Positions 29,620-42,607 of a DNA stretch of 64,000 nucleotides are shown one piece after another (position 1 is the stretch's first letter; each line of letters begins with the position of its first letter). The notes under the pieces were generated by a model. It saw only the letters and a list, made by a program, of their open reading frames with translations, did no database searches and was not told where the DNA came from. The translations under genes were made by a program, and so were the position numbers. This DNA comes from Eledone cirrhosa (lineage: Eukaryota), in NCBI GenBank assembly GCA_964016885.1, contig OZ024740.1:392894001-392958000 (forward strand), in the 5' to 3' direction.

Positions 29620-29872
29620 ACCAAGTTCCGCTCTGAACAGACATGGGGCGGATGGAGGCTCTGTAAGCCGAAGAGTAGGCAACCTGTTTAGGAGAGCTAC
29701 CACTCCAAATAAATTGGTGCGGAGTAGAGAAGCCCTAAATCCAGTAAGATGACTTCCCTAGTGCTGGTGGCACAAATAAAAGCACTCAGTCCATGCTGTA
29801 AAGTGGTGCTGATGTTAGGAAGGGTATCCAACCAGTGTATTAATGCCAAAACAAATATGAGCACAACAACAA
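29620..29872 (+). mobile_element. Isolated RTE-A-type 5'-UTR fragment
   Basis: 29710-29870 aligns to the reverse complement of 12825-12985 and extends further upstream. Confidence 0.75.
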
Positions 29873-29996
29873 ATTTATATATATATATATAAAATAGTGT
29901 TCTGTCATATGACTGGTCATTTTGTGAGTATATGTTTGCCACTGGGAGTAACAGTAGGTAAATAAATAAAAATGTATAGATTTATAAATATATAAT

Positions 29997-30341
29997 GGAG
30001 GCACATGGCTTAGTGGTTAGAGCATTGGCCTTGCAATCGAAAAGTTGTGAGTTCAATTCTCAGATCGGGTGATGTGTTGTTTCCTTGAGCAAGACACTTT
30101 ATTTCACATTGCTCCAGTTTACTCAGTTGTAGAAATGAGATGATAGGGACTGGGGTCCCTATCATTCCACTGCAAAGTGGTCGTGGAGGTGCCACGGCAA
30201 AAAAGCACCCAGCACTCACTGTAAATGAGGTTGGTATTAGGAAGGGCATCCAGCTGTAGAAATCAAGCCAGAATCAGTTCCCGTCCCACCCTTGCAAGCA
30301 GGGAAAAAGCGGACGTAAAATGAAATGATGATGATGATGAT
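29997..30341 (+). mobile_element. SINE family B, full length with (GAT)n tail
   Basis: Near-identical to 3683-4012. Confidence 0.92.
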
Positions 30342-31249
30342 AGAAAATTAAGAGATAAATAAATGAGTACACTATGTCTACATTTGGCTAAAATGGTTCG
30401 TAATATTGCTCATGCACAACACTACAAATACAGTGTTAAAGAAAGCACCAATTTTGCAAAAAAAAAAAAAGCATCCATTATGCAAGAATCCTCTTCCTTT
30501 CTTTCTAACCTGCATTACTTATAATGAAAAACATTAAAGTAATCAAACAAAAAAAAAAAAACTTTCCATAACCTTGTATTATCATGGTTTCCTTTTATAT
30601 TTACCTTGGTCAGGAAGATCAATCAGGCCCATCTCCAAAGATATGTGTTAATCCGTTATAAAATACTATCTGTAAAATGTACTATTGTGTTTTGTATTAT
30701 CACAAATTACTTTATAATCTGTATTAGTGTTTTATTTAAAATTAATTAATAGTAAGCAAATTATAGAAAGAAAATGTGAAATATATTGATAAATACATAT
30801 AATAATGTATAAAAAAGATAAAATAGAAAGGTTTTAATTACATAATACAGTTCATATTATTAATGCATATAAAATCCTTTCCCTCCATCTTATATCATAT
30901 GTATAGGATTGGAAATTATATCCATATTGACTTAATGGTTGGTGGGGTCTGGTCATAAGTCAAGAAGTACCTAATATCAGTTATTTAATTCATTGAGAAT
31001 ATTTATGGTGTTCCAAGGGTGATGAACAAACAGAAATTACATACTGCAAATTGTTATAATAGATTCTGCTATGGTAAAGCTACATTTGTAAAAAATTAAC
31101 AAATCTTAGCCCACTGTTTAACAGCCATAATTTCATATTAGAGAATAGTGATCATAGCTGTTCTACTGAGCTGTGAATCCTTAACAATTTATCAGTAATA
31201 TGCACACTATACTAACCTGCCTGAACTGTGGGGTTGAATTTTGCTACAG

Positions 31250-33150
31250 TCAGAATTTGTGCCCCTTGCAGAGACAGGTACTTAGTTAAAATTCACTGAA
31301 GATGAGTTGAGCTGGTCCCAACCAGTGAATCCATAGCATCAGAAAGAGAAGGTGACCATGTCTGACAGTTACAGACATCTGGCAGAGAGATCAATCGGTT
31401 GTGATTCTAAACGTGGATGCTATATATGTGAGCACTAAATATCAATTCAAGATCTGACTTATTAATCCATATTTTCAGTTGTCCACCCTATGGGGCTGCA
31501 TTGTGGACAAGTCTGCTTTTTAGCCATTGATGGTGAAATCTCATCTTTCATTGTCACCTGAAAAATGTGAAAATACAAAAAACACCTTGCATGTCCAATG
31601 GTCTTCCATTTTTAGTGTTTTTGTTTTGTTGTATAGGTGGTTTACGTACAACATATGATTTGTAGTACCTTTTGTAGATTGTGGTTTGTTGTGGAGTGAT
31701 TGGAGGCCCAGGTATGACTAGCATAATCTATGAAGGATCTACTGTATTGTTGGTACACCATTGCTGGTCAAATATGGTAGTTGTGAGTGATCTAAGTATA
31801 TTTGCTTTCTTATGTCTTCTGTGTGTGTTGTGAATGTCGTAGAAGATTTCTATGTAACCCTGTGTGTTGTGAATGTCGTAGAACAATTCTATGTAACCTG
31901 CAATAGTTTTCTCTTCTCTGTATGGTGTGTTTATGTTCTTGAGTATGATGGTTGGGTGTATTTATTGTTTCCTGGTGTTACTGGTATGGTAAGAAGGGAG
32001 ATACTGTATTTGTTAGGTGCTACATTAAGTCTGTTGTTTTGTAGACAAATTTATAGGTGATTGAGTTAGCATTGGAATAGTTGTACAGCTGTGACTTGAG
32101 AATGGTGGGAGGGTGTGAGTGTGTTATCATTTGTGCCTGAGACAATCAATGTGTTTTGAGGAGGTGTGACAGTATTACGTAGATATAAGTTGAAAAGGGT
32201 GACTGGATGAGCTTTGAAAAATTCTATTCAGAAAATTGATTATTCTGGAAGTGTTGTTTTTGTCACCACATTGACCTAGTGCTCGGTGTAGTAGTTTGCT
32301 ATCATATACTATATATATAATTTTTAAGGTATTGTGTATTTTTTGTACAACTGGATTGTAGGGGATTTAGTAAGAAGCTTTGCTGATGTCAATGAAGGTT
32401 AGACTGTTGTGTAAGATCTTATTTGTCCATGAAGCTGTTAGGAATCTTCTGTTGTCAGGTACATGGTGGTTGACTGTAATCAATACATGTTATAATTTTG
32501 AGAAATGTATATGTACTTTTGTGATTTCAAGGATTAGCCTTTCTAGAATTTTCAAGGGTGTGGACAGGAGAGTAATAAGTCTATTAGATACTTTTCACTT
32601 TTTTGGGTGGGCTTTAGAATTTATAGGCTTTTGCCCATTTTCCAGATTCTGAAATTTTACAATGTTGTTATAACTAGGAGATACAGGTGAATGCAGTAAT
32701 TCCTTCATACTCTTGATGTTTTAGGTGTATATTTGTAATTTTGTCAGGGCCTGAGACTTTTGATTTTTCAGATTTACCTGTTATTTATATTGGTGAAAGA
32801 TGTGTAATTTTGTGTCCCTATCTTCATTGTGTGGCTTTTAATGACTGACTTTTAAGAAATGGCTGAAGGTGTTTGATTGTAGTTGTATTATGGATTTATT
32901 ATTTGAGGTTATTGGGACATGGGGTGTAATATGACTGCTCCTAATTACTGTATGTAGTTTTTTACTGTCTTAAGAGTTGTGTATATTGAAGTCTCTTTCA
33001 ATGATAGTGCTGGGACTGATACACCAATTAAGAGATATTTATTTTCTCAGTTTAAAAAAAAACCCAAAAACACTATCAAGTTGATTAGCCTTGATTTCTT
33101 TGTCTGAGTGTATTTGTATATTGCAGAGTATGGTGTCTGTCATGTTCTTG
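31250..33150 (-). mobile_element. Highly degenerate non-LTR retrotransposon (I/Ingi-group-like RT); boundaries approximate
   Basis: Minus-strand remnants ILKP..SNRLITLLSTPLKILERLIL (about 32520-32620) and LTFIDISKA (about 32375-32405). Confidence 0.55.
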
Positions 33151-36100
33151 GATAATTTCTGTTGTATGCTAATGTCACCGCTTTTCTATTGGTATTTCAT
33201 AATGTTAACATAATTTACAGGTATGCAAATCCAAACTTTCTCATGTGTGTAAATATATTCTTTATTGGTACCAAAATATATTCTTTATTGGTACTGAAAA
33301 GACAATGTGGCTAATTGTTTCTTCTTCATTTCCATGTATTTTACTTCATTATGTGCTTTTAGTGATTTTTGGGGAAGAGGCTTTGATCTTGTGCACTAAC
33401 AAGAATCTTTCAGTTTCAACCAGTGTTGTTACTGTTGCCACCACCAGTCAAATAATAGTGTTCATCCAGTTGACTATACTCCCCCTCAAAAAAAAAAAAA
33501 AATGGCTTTGTACTATTGCTACAAATTATTATCTAATTATTTTTCTGCATGTTGTAATACGTAATCTAGTGTTACATTTTTAACATGCTTAACGATGGAT
33601 AAAAAGAAATAAACAACAACAAACAAAACAAAACAAACAAACAAAAAAAATCAAAATCTTTAACAATGTTATGAAGGTTTATAAATTTATGAATCAAAAC
33701 AGAAGCATGAACATTTACAAGAGGAACATATGCTCAAAGAATGTGTACGGCTGTCAGATGGAAACCCACCCTCTTCCCATTATCAAATTATCTAAAGAAA
33801 TACTGGACAAACAACATCAACAGAAATTGAAGCATCTCAATGTTGCGGCTAGCACATGACCTAGAAAAATCTAGATTACTGATATAACTACAAAGATTTA
33901 TTTTTTCTTGTAACTAGTGCTTAGGCAACAACAGATGTAAAACTGCGGTAGTAACATCAAAGTCTTTGTGCTTAGACTTGCTTGTTAATTTTCTTGCAAT
34001 AACATCTATGTACAAGCATTCCTTTAATTGCAGTTAGATACAATATTACATGAACTATCACCTGTCTCAACAAATCATCTAAAAGACATGAGAGACATTG
34101 TAGCTGTTGTTGAGTAGCTGCCTGTCCATTCTGTTTGAGTAGGCCTGGAATGAATCAATTATTTATACAATATTCTCGACATTCTTCATTGTAGCCACAA
34201 TGTCCTTAAAGATTTAAACATGTGGCTACTACTACATAGCATAGTTGTTTATTAATTTTGGTTTATTGTAGGAATTATATCTTAGTCATGTACTCATGTG
34301 ACTCCATACCTTTCCATAATGTTCTAATACTTTTATTATCATATTTCTAATGGTTATTAATTCATTTGGAAAATAATTCTAAAGATTATAAGGATTTAGT
34401 AAACTAGCTTTTTTGTCATTAAGCAGTTTAAAATGTAGCTAAACAAAAGGTTCTTGCATAAAATTATGATCAAAATGTTTATTTAGATATGGTCACATAA
34501 GAACATATTTTGTTAAATAGAATCAGAGGCAGTCCCAAGTGAGTTGATATTGAAAGTCTGATTATTTTGTAATTACTTGTTACCTTAGCCTATTAAGATT
34601 CTTTTTAATATTTCTTTTCATCTGCCAGTAATTATTTGAGGTTCCAGAGTAGGCATGTCACCTATCACTTCAAGTTGTAGCATCACTGTATTTTTTATGC
34701 ATGATTTATAAGGTTGCATAACCAAATCCATATTTTTTTGTGGGTGTAAACTCTTCATTTAGTGTCCCTACAATTCAATGGGCTATGTAAACCACCACTA
34801 ATATTGAAAGATTTTAAATGGTTTAATCTGTATAAAATAACAATCAAATGTCCCTACCATTTATTTAAAAAAAGGACACATTAAACAATGTAGTCTAGAG
34901 TACACTATCCTCTCTCTAACAAAAAAATGAGATGACCATGGCTTGAATGATTTTGATCATAAGAATGTTAGCCAAACTCTAATATCTTTTGTTAATCAAT
35001 CCTTCTGTGATTATTTCCAATGTTGAAAGCATTGGAAATAATCAAACCCTGCTTTTTATTTGTTAAATATGTGGTCAGTCTCTTTATAAATATCAGTTAA
35101 TATCAGTTCAATTGCCTGCTTGCAGCTGTGAGCTTTACTTAGTGGTAATTGTTCCGAACTGAATGTATTGGATCATTTCATTCAATACAGTAGTTGTAAT
35201 GGGATATGATCTGTCTATCCTTTTCATATTAGCCTAATACTCTAATGACTTAGACAGTTGGAACCAACTCTAGCCCTAGAGTATAATATTGTACACTCCT
35301 ATTTCATTGTTTTCAGAGGTTTTCTTTTCAATTAATTTGCACACATGTGTATATTATAGAGAAGACAGTAGTTTCACAGTTCTCTCTTAGATTTAAATTG
35401 ATAATAATTGACACATTATCACTGCATTGATTTAATGTCAAGCAGTTATCTTTAGTCATCAATCTTAAGATGCTTACTCTGGAAGTCTGCATTCAGAATT
35501 GTTTAAAAATACTGAGAGGATACATTTCTTTATAACTGTCATTATAAGATTAATTTCTTCATAACAGATTGCAATTATGAAAACACATTATCTTATTAAC
35601 AAGTGATGAAAAAAGTGCTATGTACTGACACTAGAAAGTGTCTTGTAGAGGAAGGCTTATACAGAATGAGGTGGGGCAGAGGAAGGAAAGGTGGTTAGAT
35701 TAGACAGATGTGAAGATATTGGGTTTCAATAAATGAATTGAGATTATATGCAAGATCAAGATCCGTAATGACATGCAGAACCATTCAAACCAAATCATTC
35801 TGGAAGCAACAGATGTTAAAGTGATGATGATGATAATGTTATTTATGAATCGACTGCAACTCTAAATGATTATATTCTTTTTCAATTATTGCTAACATAA
35901 CGATAGTGATTTCATAGTGATATTGGCTTTTATATATAGAGGCTGTTTAATGCATATTTTTGTTTGTGAACAAAATGGGAATAAAATGTCTACATACATT
36001 AAGCTGAGAAAGGGTTGATATCACTGATGTAAAATATTTCTCATTGGCTGGAAACATAGATGTTGTTTAATTTTAGGTCAGTTGTGATTGGGCAGACCTA

Positions 36101-36194
36101 TGATGAAATTTTTTCAGTTGTGACCATTTTTTTGTATATTAGGGACTACATTATCTAATTTATCCTTCCTTTTTGTTTATGTATATTTTTTTAT

Positions 36195-36511
36195 CTTTTA
36201 CTAGTTTCAGTCATTAGACTGTAGTTATGCTGGGGCATTGTCATGATTTAGTCAATCATATCAATCCCTTTATTTATATTTTTGAGTGTTATTGGACATA
36301 AACCCAGACAGACACATGTAAACATAGACATGGACTCACACACACACATATATGATGGGCTTCTGCAGTTCCTGCTTACCAAAAATTTCATTTATAAAGC
36401 ATTGATTAACTCAAAGCTATAAAAGACGCTTGTCTAAGGTGTTTTGCAGTGAGACTGAACACAGAACCCTGTGGTTGTGAAGTAAACTCCATAACCAAAT
36501 AGCCATGCCTG
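36195..36511 (-). mobile_element. Diverged tRNA-derived SINE (third family)
   Basis: Minus-strand head GGCATGGCTATTTGGTTA..GTTCAGTC, CCTTAGACAAGCGTC body, internal (TG)n and CAGTCTAATGACTGAAAC end. Confidence 0.65.
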
Positions 36512-36929
36512 TGTCCACACACACACATGCACACAGAGAGAGAGAAGATAAGAGACGACATACAAAACACAAATATATACAGTATATGTTTGTATGTATG
36601 GTCCCGTATCTCCTGATAGTCATAAGGGTGTAGTATTGACATACAGCATTTATTGGGTATTTTAAACCTGGTGGAGCCCATCCCTCTGTATGGAGAGATA
36701 GATATAGAGGAAGAATCCACCCACTATTAGACTGGTACTTTTTTTTATCAACTTCAAAAGGATCAAAGGCTAAGTTGACCTCGGTGGGATTAATACCATA
36801 AAGCATTCTATCTGACATTGTAACGACTGGCAATTCATCGCCTATATATATATATATACATACACGCACATATGCCCACGCGCCCACCCACACACACACA
36901 CTCTCTATCTCTCTATCTCTCTCTCTCTC

Positions 36930-37280
36930 TGGTAGTTAAGGCAGGATTAAATCACCATAACTGCTTATTGCATTACATATATTTCTGTTACATGGTTATT
37001 CATTTGACTTCATCAGATTCTTACGCAATCATTCATGCAGTTATACAATCATTGTGATATGCCGGTGGCCATGAACGTCCATCCAGTAGTGAAGTGGTCC
37101 GGCATATATGGAACCACTTCACTACTGGATGGAGTGCATGGCCATCGGCATATCGCAATGATTGCATAACAGCACCAATGATTACGTAAGCATCTGACAA
37201 AGTCCCATGAATAACCATGTAACAGAAATATATATAATGCAATAAACAGTTATGGTGATTTAATCCCGTCTTAACTACCA
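36930..37280. repeat. Long imperfect palindrome (fold-back element), arms about 170 bp
   Basis: TGGTAGTTAAG..GGATTAAATCACCATAACTG pairs with CAGTTATGGTGATTTAATCC..CTTAACTACCA; inner TCCATCCAGTAGTGAAGTGGT/ACCACTTCACTACTGGATGGA; centre near 37105. Confidence 0.93.
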
Positions 37281-37288
37281 TTATTTGA

Positions 37289-37457
37289 GTATCGGTAGAG
37301 GGTTGGACGCCATGCTTTCTAGCATAGTTACGTCCCTTTACGGTCTGAGTTCAAATCCCGCCGAGGTTAACTTTGCCTTTCATCCTTACAGGGTCGATAA
37401 AATAAAGTACCAGTAATGTACTGGGTAATTGCTGGCCTTGTGCCTAAAGTAGAAACA
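37289..37457 (+). mobile_element. SINE family A, slightly 5'-truncated
   Basis: TSD ATTATTTGA at 37280-37288 and 37458-37466. Confidence 0.92.
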
Positions 37458-38644
37458 ATTATTTGATAAATGAATAAATACTCTGTCACTCAATACCTGG
37501 GATAAACTACTGACGTGTAGTGCTTTGGATTATTTCAAGCTGTGATCATGTCACACACACACACACACACCTACTTCAGCCTCATGGTAAGAACTGAATT
37601 GTTATAGGTTTTCAGCCTTCACTTAATTTACTCTCAGATGCTGAGGTACAAAAGACACTATCTTATGGATTTTATAAACAAATTTTTCTTGGTCAAGGAT
37701 TATTTACATAACTGCAAACCTGATTAGCTAGTTCTAATTAGTGGTAAAAGTGTATATGAACCCATGCTCAATGTTTATGTATAATTGATATACATTTAGT
37801 CTATGTGTGTATATTGTTTCTCTTAACATATATAGATCAATATCATAAAGGTTTTTTTTCTTTTATCTTGGATACATGTTTCATTCAGCTTATCTAGTGT
37901 TTTTGTAATTATTACTGTATTTTGGTAATTTGATATCTTTTAAAGATAGCTGGATTCTAGAATTACTAATTTTTACTTGTATAATATTTACAAACAACAT
38001 TTTGTAGACCTCATTTTTAGAAACCAATCCAAAGTGGTTGGGCAGTAAATGTGGCATTTTGAAAAAGTAAACATTATATCATGTATTTTTGATATTTTCA
38101 AACAAAGATAAAATGATAAGAGGGTATTATAGTTTGCTCGAGGTATTGTTGACAATGTAGAAAATAGTGTTTGTTTTTTTTTCTTTTAGTTTTTTTAGAG
38201 GGCTAAAGCAATGCAAATAAGACATTAATCCTTTAGCATTTAAACTGGCTGAATACAGCCAGAATTCTCTCAACTCTTTCTGTTCAAACCAGCTGTAACT
38301 AGCCACTCATACTGATGTTAAGGTATTGTTCTCAAAATATATAATATCAAAATCCCATATTATGTGAGATAAAACCTTTACTGCAAAAATACAATAGTAT
38401 ATATACATATATAGGAGTGGGGGGGGGGGGGGGGGGGAGAGGCGTAAGCGTATATTTGTGTGTGTATGAGGGAGCGCATGTGTGTGTAGGTGGCTGTGCA
38501 TCAGTAATCAGCAAACACTAAACAGAACTTAAGATGTTTAAGGTTAAAGTTGAGAGACAAACTCGAAAAAACTATCCCTCAACCTCTTACGACAAAGTAT
38601 TCCATACCAACACACAGCTATACACACACATACATGTGTATGTG

Positions 38645-38701
<57 letters not shown>

Positions 38702-38703
<2 letters not shown>

Positions 38704-41435
38704 CATGCACCTCCCAACATAGACTGATAATTAGCGACCTCATAGTCAGGACGAGACATACTAGACAGCAGAAGAGGACTATCCTCAGGAGAAAAATATG
38801 GAAGCTAAAGGATCCCGCAGCCAGAAATAAATTTAAAAGCATATTACTTGATGCTTTCGACAGTAAGGAAGAGCAATTAGAGTCGTACAATATAGAGGAA
38901 CAGTGGGAATTTCTGAAAGCAAACCTGCTGATGGCGGCAGACGAAGTCTGTGGCTGGAGCAGGCCTGTAGGCTGGAGGTGAGTAACATGGTCGTGGAACA
39001 GTAAGGTGGAGGGGTCAATCAAGGCGAAAAAGCAAGCTTGGAAAGCATGGCGGGATGGGGGAAGTAGAGAAGACTATCAAGTGGCCAGGAGGGAAGCTAG
39101 GAGACAAGTGTACTTCGCAAGAAGGGAAGTAGAGGAAAGAAAGTTCAAGCATGTTCTACAACGCGAGGACCAAAAACGTGAGGTGTTCAGGATTGCTAGG
39201 CAATGTGTCAAGGAAAACCGTGATATTGTCGGGGAGAAGTGTGTACTTAATGATGATGGCGTACTTACCATCACTGACGCTGATAAGAAGGTAGCATTGG
39301 AAGTGTCACTACGAAAGGCTACTAAATGAGGAGAATAAATGGGAGAAAGACAGTCTCCCCCACATCGACCCAATAGAGGGACCAGCAGTGTTAGTCGAAG
39401 GTAGTATAATAAGTAAGGCAATCAAAGATATGAAGACGGGTAAGGCGGCAGGGCCTTCGGAAATAGTTGCTGAGATGCTGAAAGCCTCTGGAACGGTGGG
39501 ACACACCATGGTCACCCGGATAGTAAACCAAGTCATGCAGAATGGGGTTGTTCCGAAGGACTGGCGTAGCAGCATCATCGTTAACTGTTACAAGGGTAAA
39601 GGAGACGCCCTAGATAGGAGTAACTATAGAGGCATTAAATTAATCGACCAGGTCATGAAGGTCACGGAAAAAGTAATAGCACAACTAATCAGAGAGAGAA
39701 TTGATCTAGATGAAATGCAGTTCGGGTTTGTGTCAGGCAAAAGTACCACAGACGCTCTTTTCATTGTACGACAACTACAAGAGAAGTACCTAGCTAAAAG
39801 TAAACCCCTATACTTAGCTTTTGTCGACTTGGAGAAAGCCTTCGACAGAGTCCCCCGTTCCATTATCTGGTGGGCTCTTAGAAAACTAGGTGTTGATGAA
39901 TGGCTTGTGAGAGCTATACAAGCCATGTATAAAGAAACAGTCAGCAAGGTTAGAATTAACAACGAATATAGTGAAGAGTTTAGCGTAAAAGTTGGTGTTC
40001 ATCAGGGCTCTGTTCTTAGCCCCCCTACTATTTATTATTGCCCTTCAGGCTATAACAGTGGAGTTCAAGACCGGCTGCCCATGGGAACTCCTATACGCAG
40101 ATGATCTAACGCTCATAGCTGAATCAATGGCCGAGCTAGAGAAGAAATTCCAAACATGGAAGCACGGCCTAGAGGCAAAAGGCCTTAAAATTAACCTGGC
40201 TAAGACTAAAGTTCTAGTTTGTAGGAAAGAAAATAAGGCGCTGGTCCCTTCCGGGAAATGGCCATGCTCAGTGTGTAGGAAAGGCGTAGGTAGAAACTCC
40301 ATTTTATGTCCCAAATGCAATGTATGGGTGCATAAAAGATGTAGTGGGATCACAGGTAAGCTAACTAAGAACATAGATTTTACATGTGGCCGGTGCTCTG
40401 GTGCAATAAGTAGCAGCAAGTGCCCACAAATACTAGCTCTTTCAATTGCGCAGAGGGTTCTATAGAAATAGTGGACAGCTTCCGTTACCTGGGTGACAAA
40501 ATCAGCAGTGGGGGAGGGTGCTCTGAAAGTACAGTAGCTAGAGTCAGAACTGGATGGAAAAAGTTCAGAGAGCTTATACCACTATTAGCCACTAAAGGGT
40601 TCTCCCTAAAAATGAAAGGCAGGCTGTATGATGCCTGCATACGAACAGCAATGTTGCATGGTAGTGAGACCTGGGCATTGTGTGCAGAGGATATACGCAG
40701 ACTAGAGAGGAACGAAGCTTGCATGCTCCGCTGGATGTGTAATAGTAATATACGTGAACGGCAAAGCATAAACGAACTAAGGGAAAAATTAGAAATAAGA
40801 GGGATCAGATGTTGTTTACTCGAGAGAAGGCTACGTTGGTATGGTCACGTGATGCGCATGAAAGACGACAGCTGTATAAAAAAGTGCAGGGCAATAAAGA
40901 TTGACGGTAGCCACGGAGTAGGCAGACCTAGAAAAACCTGGGACGACCTGATAAATTCCGACCTCACACACTTACACCTCTCCAAGACAATGACAATGGA
41001 CCGAGATCTTTGGCGGTACTCAGTAATAGAGAAGACCCGCCTTACCTAAATACAAAGTAAAACCTACTACAGTCAGTAGGCATCTCTAACAAAATACACC
41101 CCCGTCCCACCTCCCCCACCCCATCCACACCGCCCCTTTCAATGTAAAGTTATGTTGGTGCCACAACATCCAGGCCGAAACAAATGAGATCGTGTAGGTG
41201 TCACGACAAAAAAACACACAGTCCACGCTGTAATGTGGCCGTGTAGGCAACACGGTAAAAACCTCCCAGTCCCACACTGTAAATGTGGTTGGTGTTAGGA
41301 AGGGCATCCAGCTGTAGAAAACCCGCCAGACAGTCCTATGCGAGCAAGACAACCACTCTTGCCTCAAGTGGGAAAACTCCCGTCCAAACCCATGCAAGCG
41401 TGGAACATGGACGTTAAACGATGATGATGATGATG
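38702..41435 (+). mobile_element. RTE-clade LINE family B, 5'-truncated at the end of the endonuclease, with about 390-nt 3' UTR and (GAT)n tail
   Basis: QHRLIISD, then RT ORF pieces 39006-39329, 39388-40104, 39992-40465 and 40420-41049 (YADD, PHD finger) with several frameshifts; flanked by TA-rich tracts. Confidence 0.95.
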
Positions 41436-41816
41436 ACATGTATATCTATGCATACATATACATATATATATGTAAATGGTGGAGGAACTCATCAGAGTCA
41501 ACAGCCATCCAAATAGTACTTTTTTTTTTTTTTTAAACCTGGTCGTGAAAAAAAACCTGTGGCTTCGGGAGCATCCGATGATGTTAACCAGTTCTCCTTT
41601 TCGGGTAGTATTTTCGATGCTCAGAGAGTGAGACTGGTTGAGTGTAAGGCCTTTCCCCACTTAAAAAGACCTTCGAAGCACAGGCATTGCTTGTTCAAGA
41701 TCTGTTACAGGTTTGTGTGGCTGGCCATAGCCTAAAAGTGCACCATTTTCTGTAATCTGACAAGCAATTGCAATAGTCTTAGCAGAGTTTGCAGCCATCA
41801 TATATATATATATATG

Positions 41817-42105
41817 CTTCCCCCATGGTCAACTCTGTTGGTTGCTCACAAGTTGGAAGCAGCAACAATTTATTCATTTGCACACCAACAAAAAATGACA
41901 AAATGAATATTGTTTACCCTGAGGTGATTCAAGATTGACCGTTTTTCATTTCTAGATTCTATTATCATTATAATTTTGATAATTTTAAAAATAAAATAGA
42001 GATATTTTGAAATAATTATGAGAAAAAAATGTATCTTCATGTTTATTGTTTACTAATCTGAATAAGAACAGCAGTAACCCGGGCAACAGCAGGTCATTCA
42101 GCTAG
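41817..42105 (+). mobile_element. Helitron 3' remnant (RepHel C-terminus plus terminal hairpin and CTAG)
   Basis: FPHGQL.VGCSQVG..NIVYPEVI resembles the PIF1-type FSHGQLYVACSRV..NIVY.EV motif; ends ACCCGGGCAACAGCAGGT..CTAG. Confidence 0.75.
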
Positions 42106-42184
42106 ATAAAGAGATAAATGTTTATTTAAATCAAACATTAATTGAGTCAATTCTTTAACATTTTACATATAAAAAAAACCCAAT

Positions 42185-42607
42185 AAAAAGCACCCTGTAG
42201 GAGGTAGTCCTAGTGCCACAATAAAATGTTTGGTTAGAAAGGGCATCCAGTCATAGAAACGATGACAAAATGGATCATATAAACTAGAGGCAGTCACCTG
42301 ACTACTCTAGTCTAGAATGCGACAACAAACTCCACAACAAAAAGCACTGTCCACCTTGTAAGGTGGAAGTAGTACTGGTGCCATGACAAAACTCACCCAG
42401 TCCACCTTGTAAGTTGGTGGTGCTGGTGTCTTGACAAAAACCCCCAGACACCCTGTAAAGTAGTTGGCATAAGAACATCCAGCTTTAAAATTCAAGCCCA
42501 AAATGGAATGTATGTGCTAGATGTGGGCACACAATCTGTGTAGCCTCAGAACATAACCTGCCTAATCCATGAAAGGATGGAAACTAGATGTTAAATGGTG
42601 ATGATGT
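42185..42607 (+). mobile_element. Old RTE-derived non-autonomous element with tandem pseudoknot-module units
   Basis: Repeated GTGCC..AAAA..CACCCAGTCCACCTTGTAAGGTGG units, GGGCATCCAG hairpin and (TGA)n tail. Confidence 0.65.
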
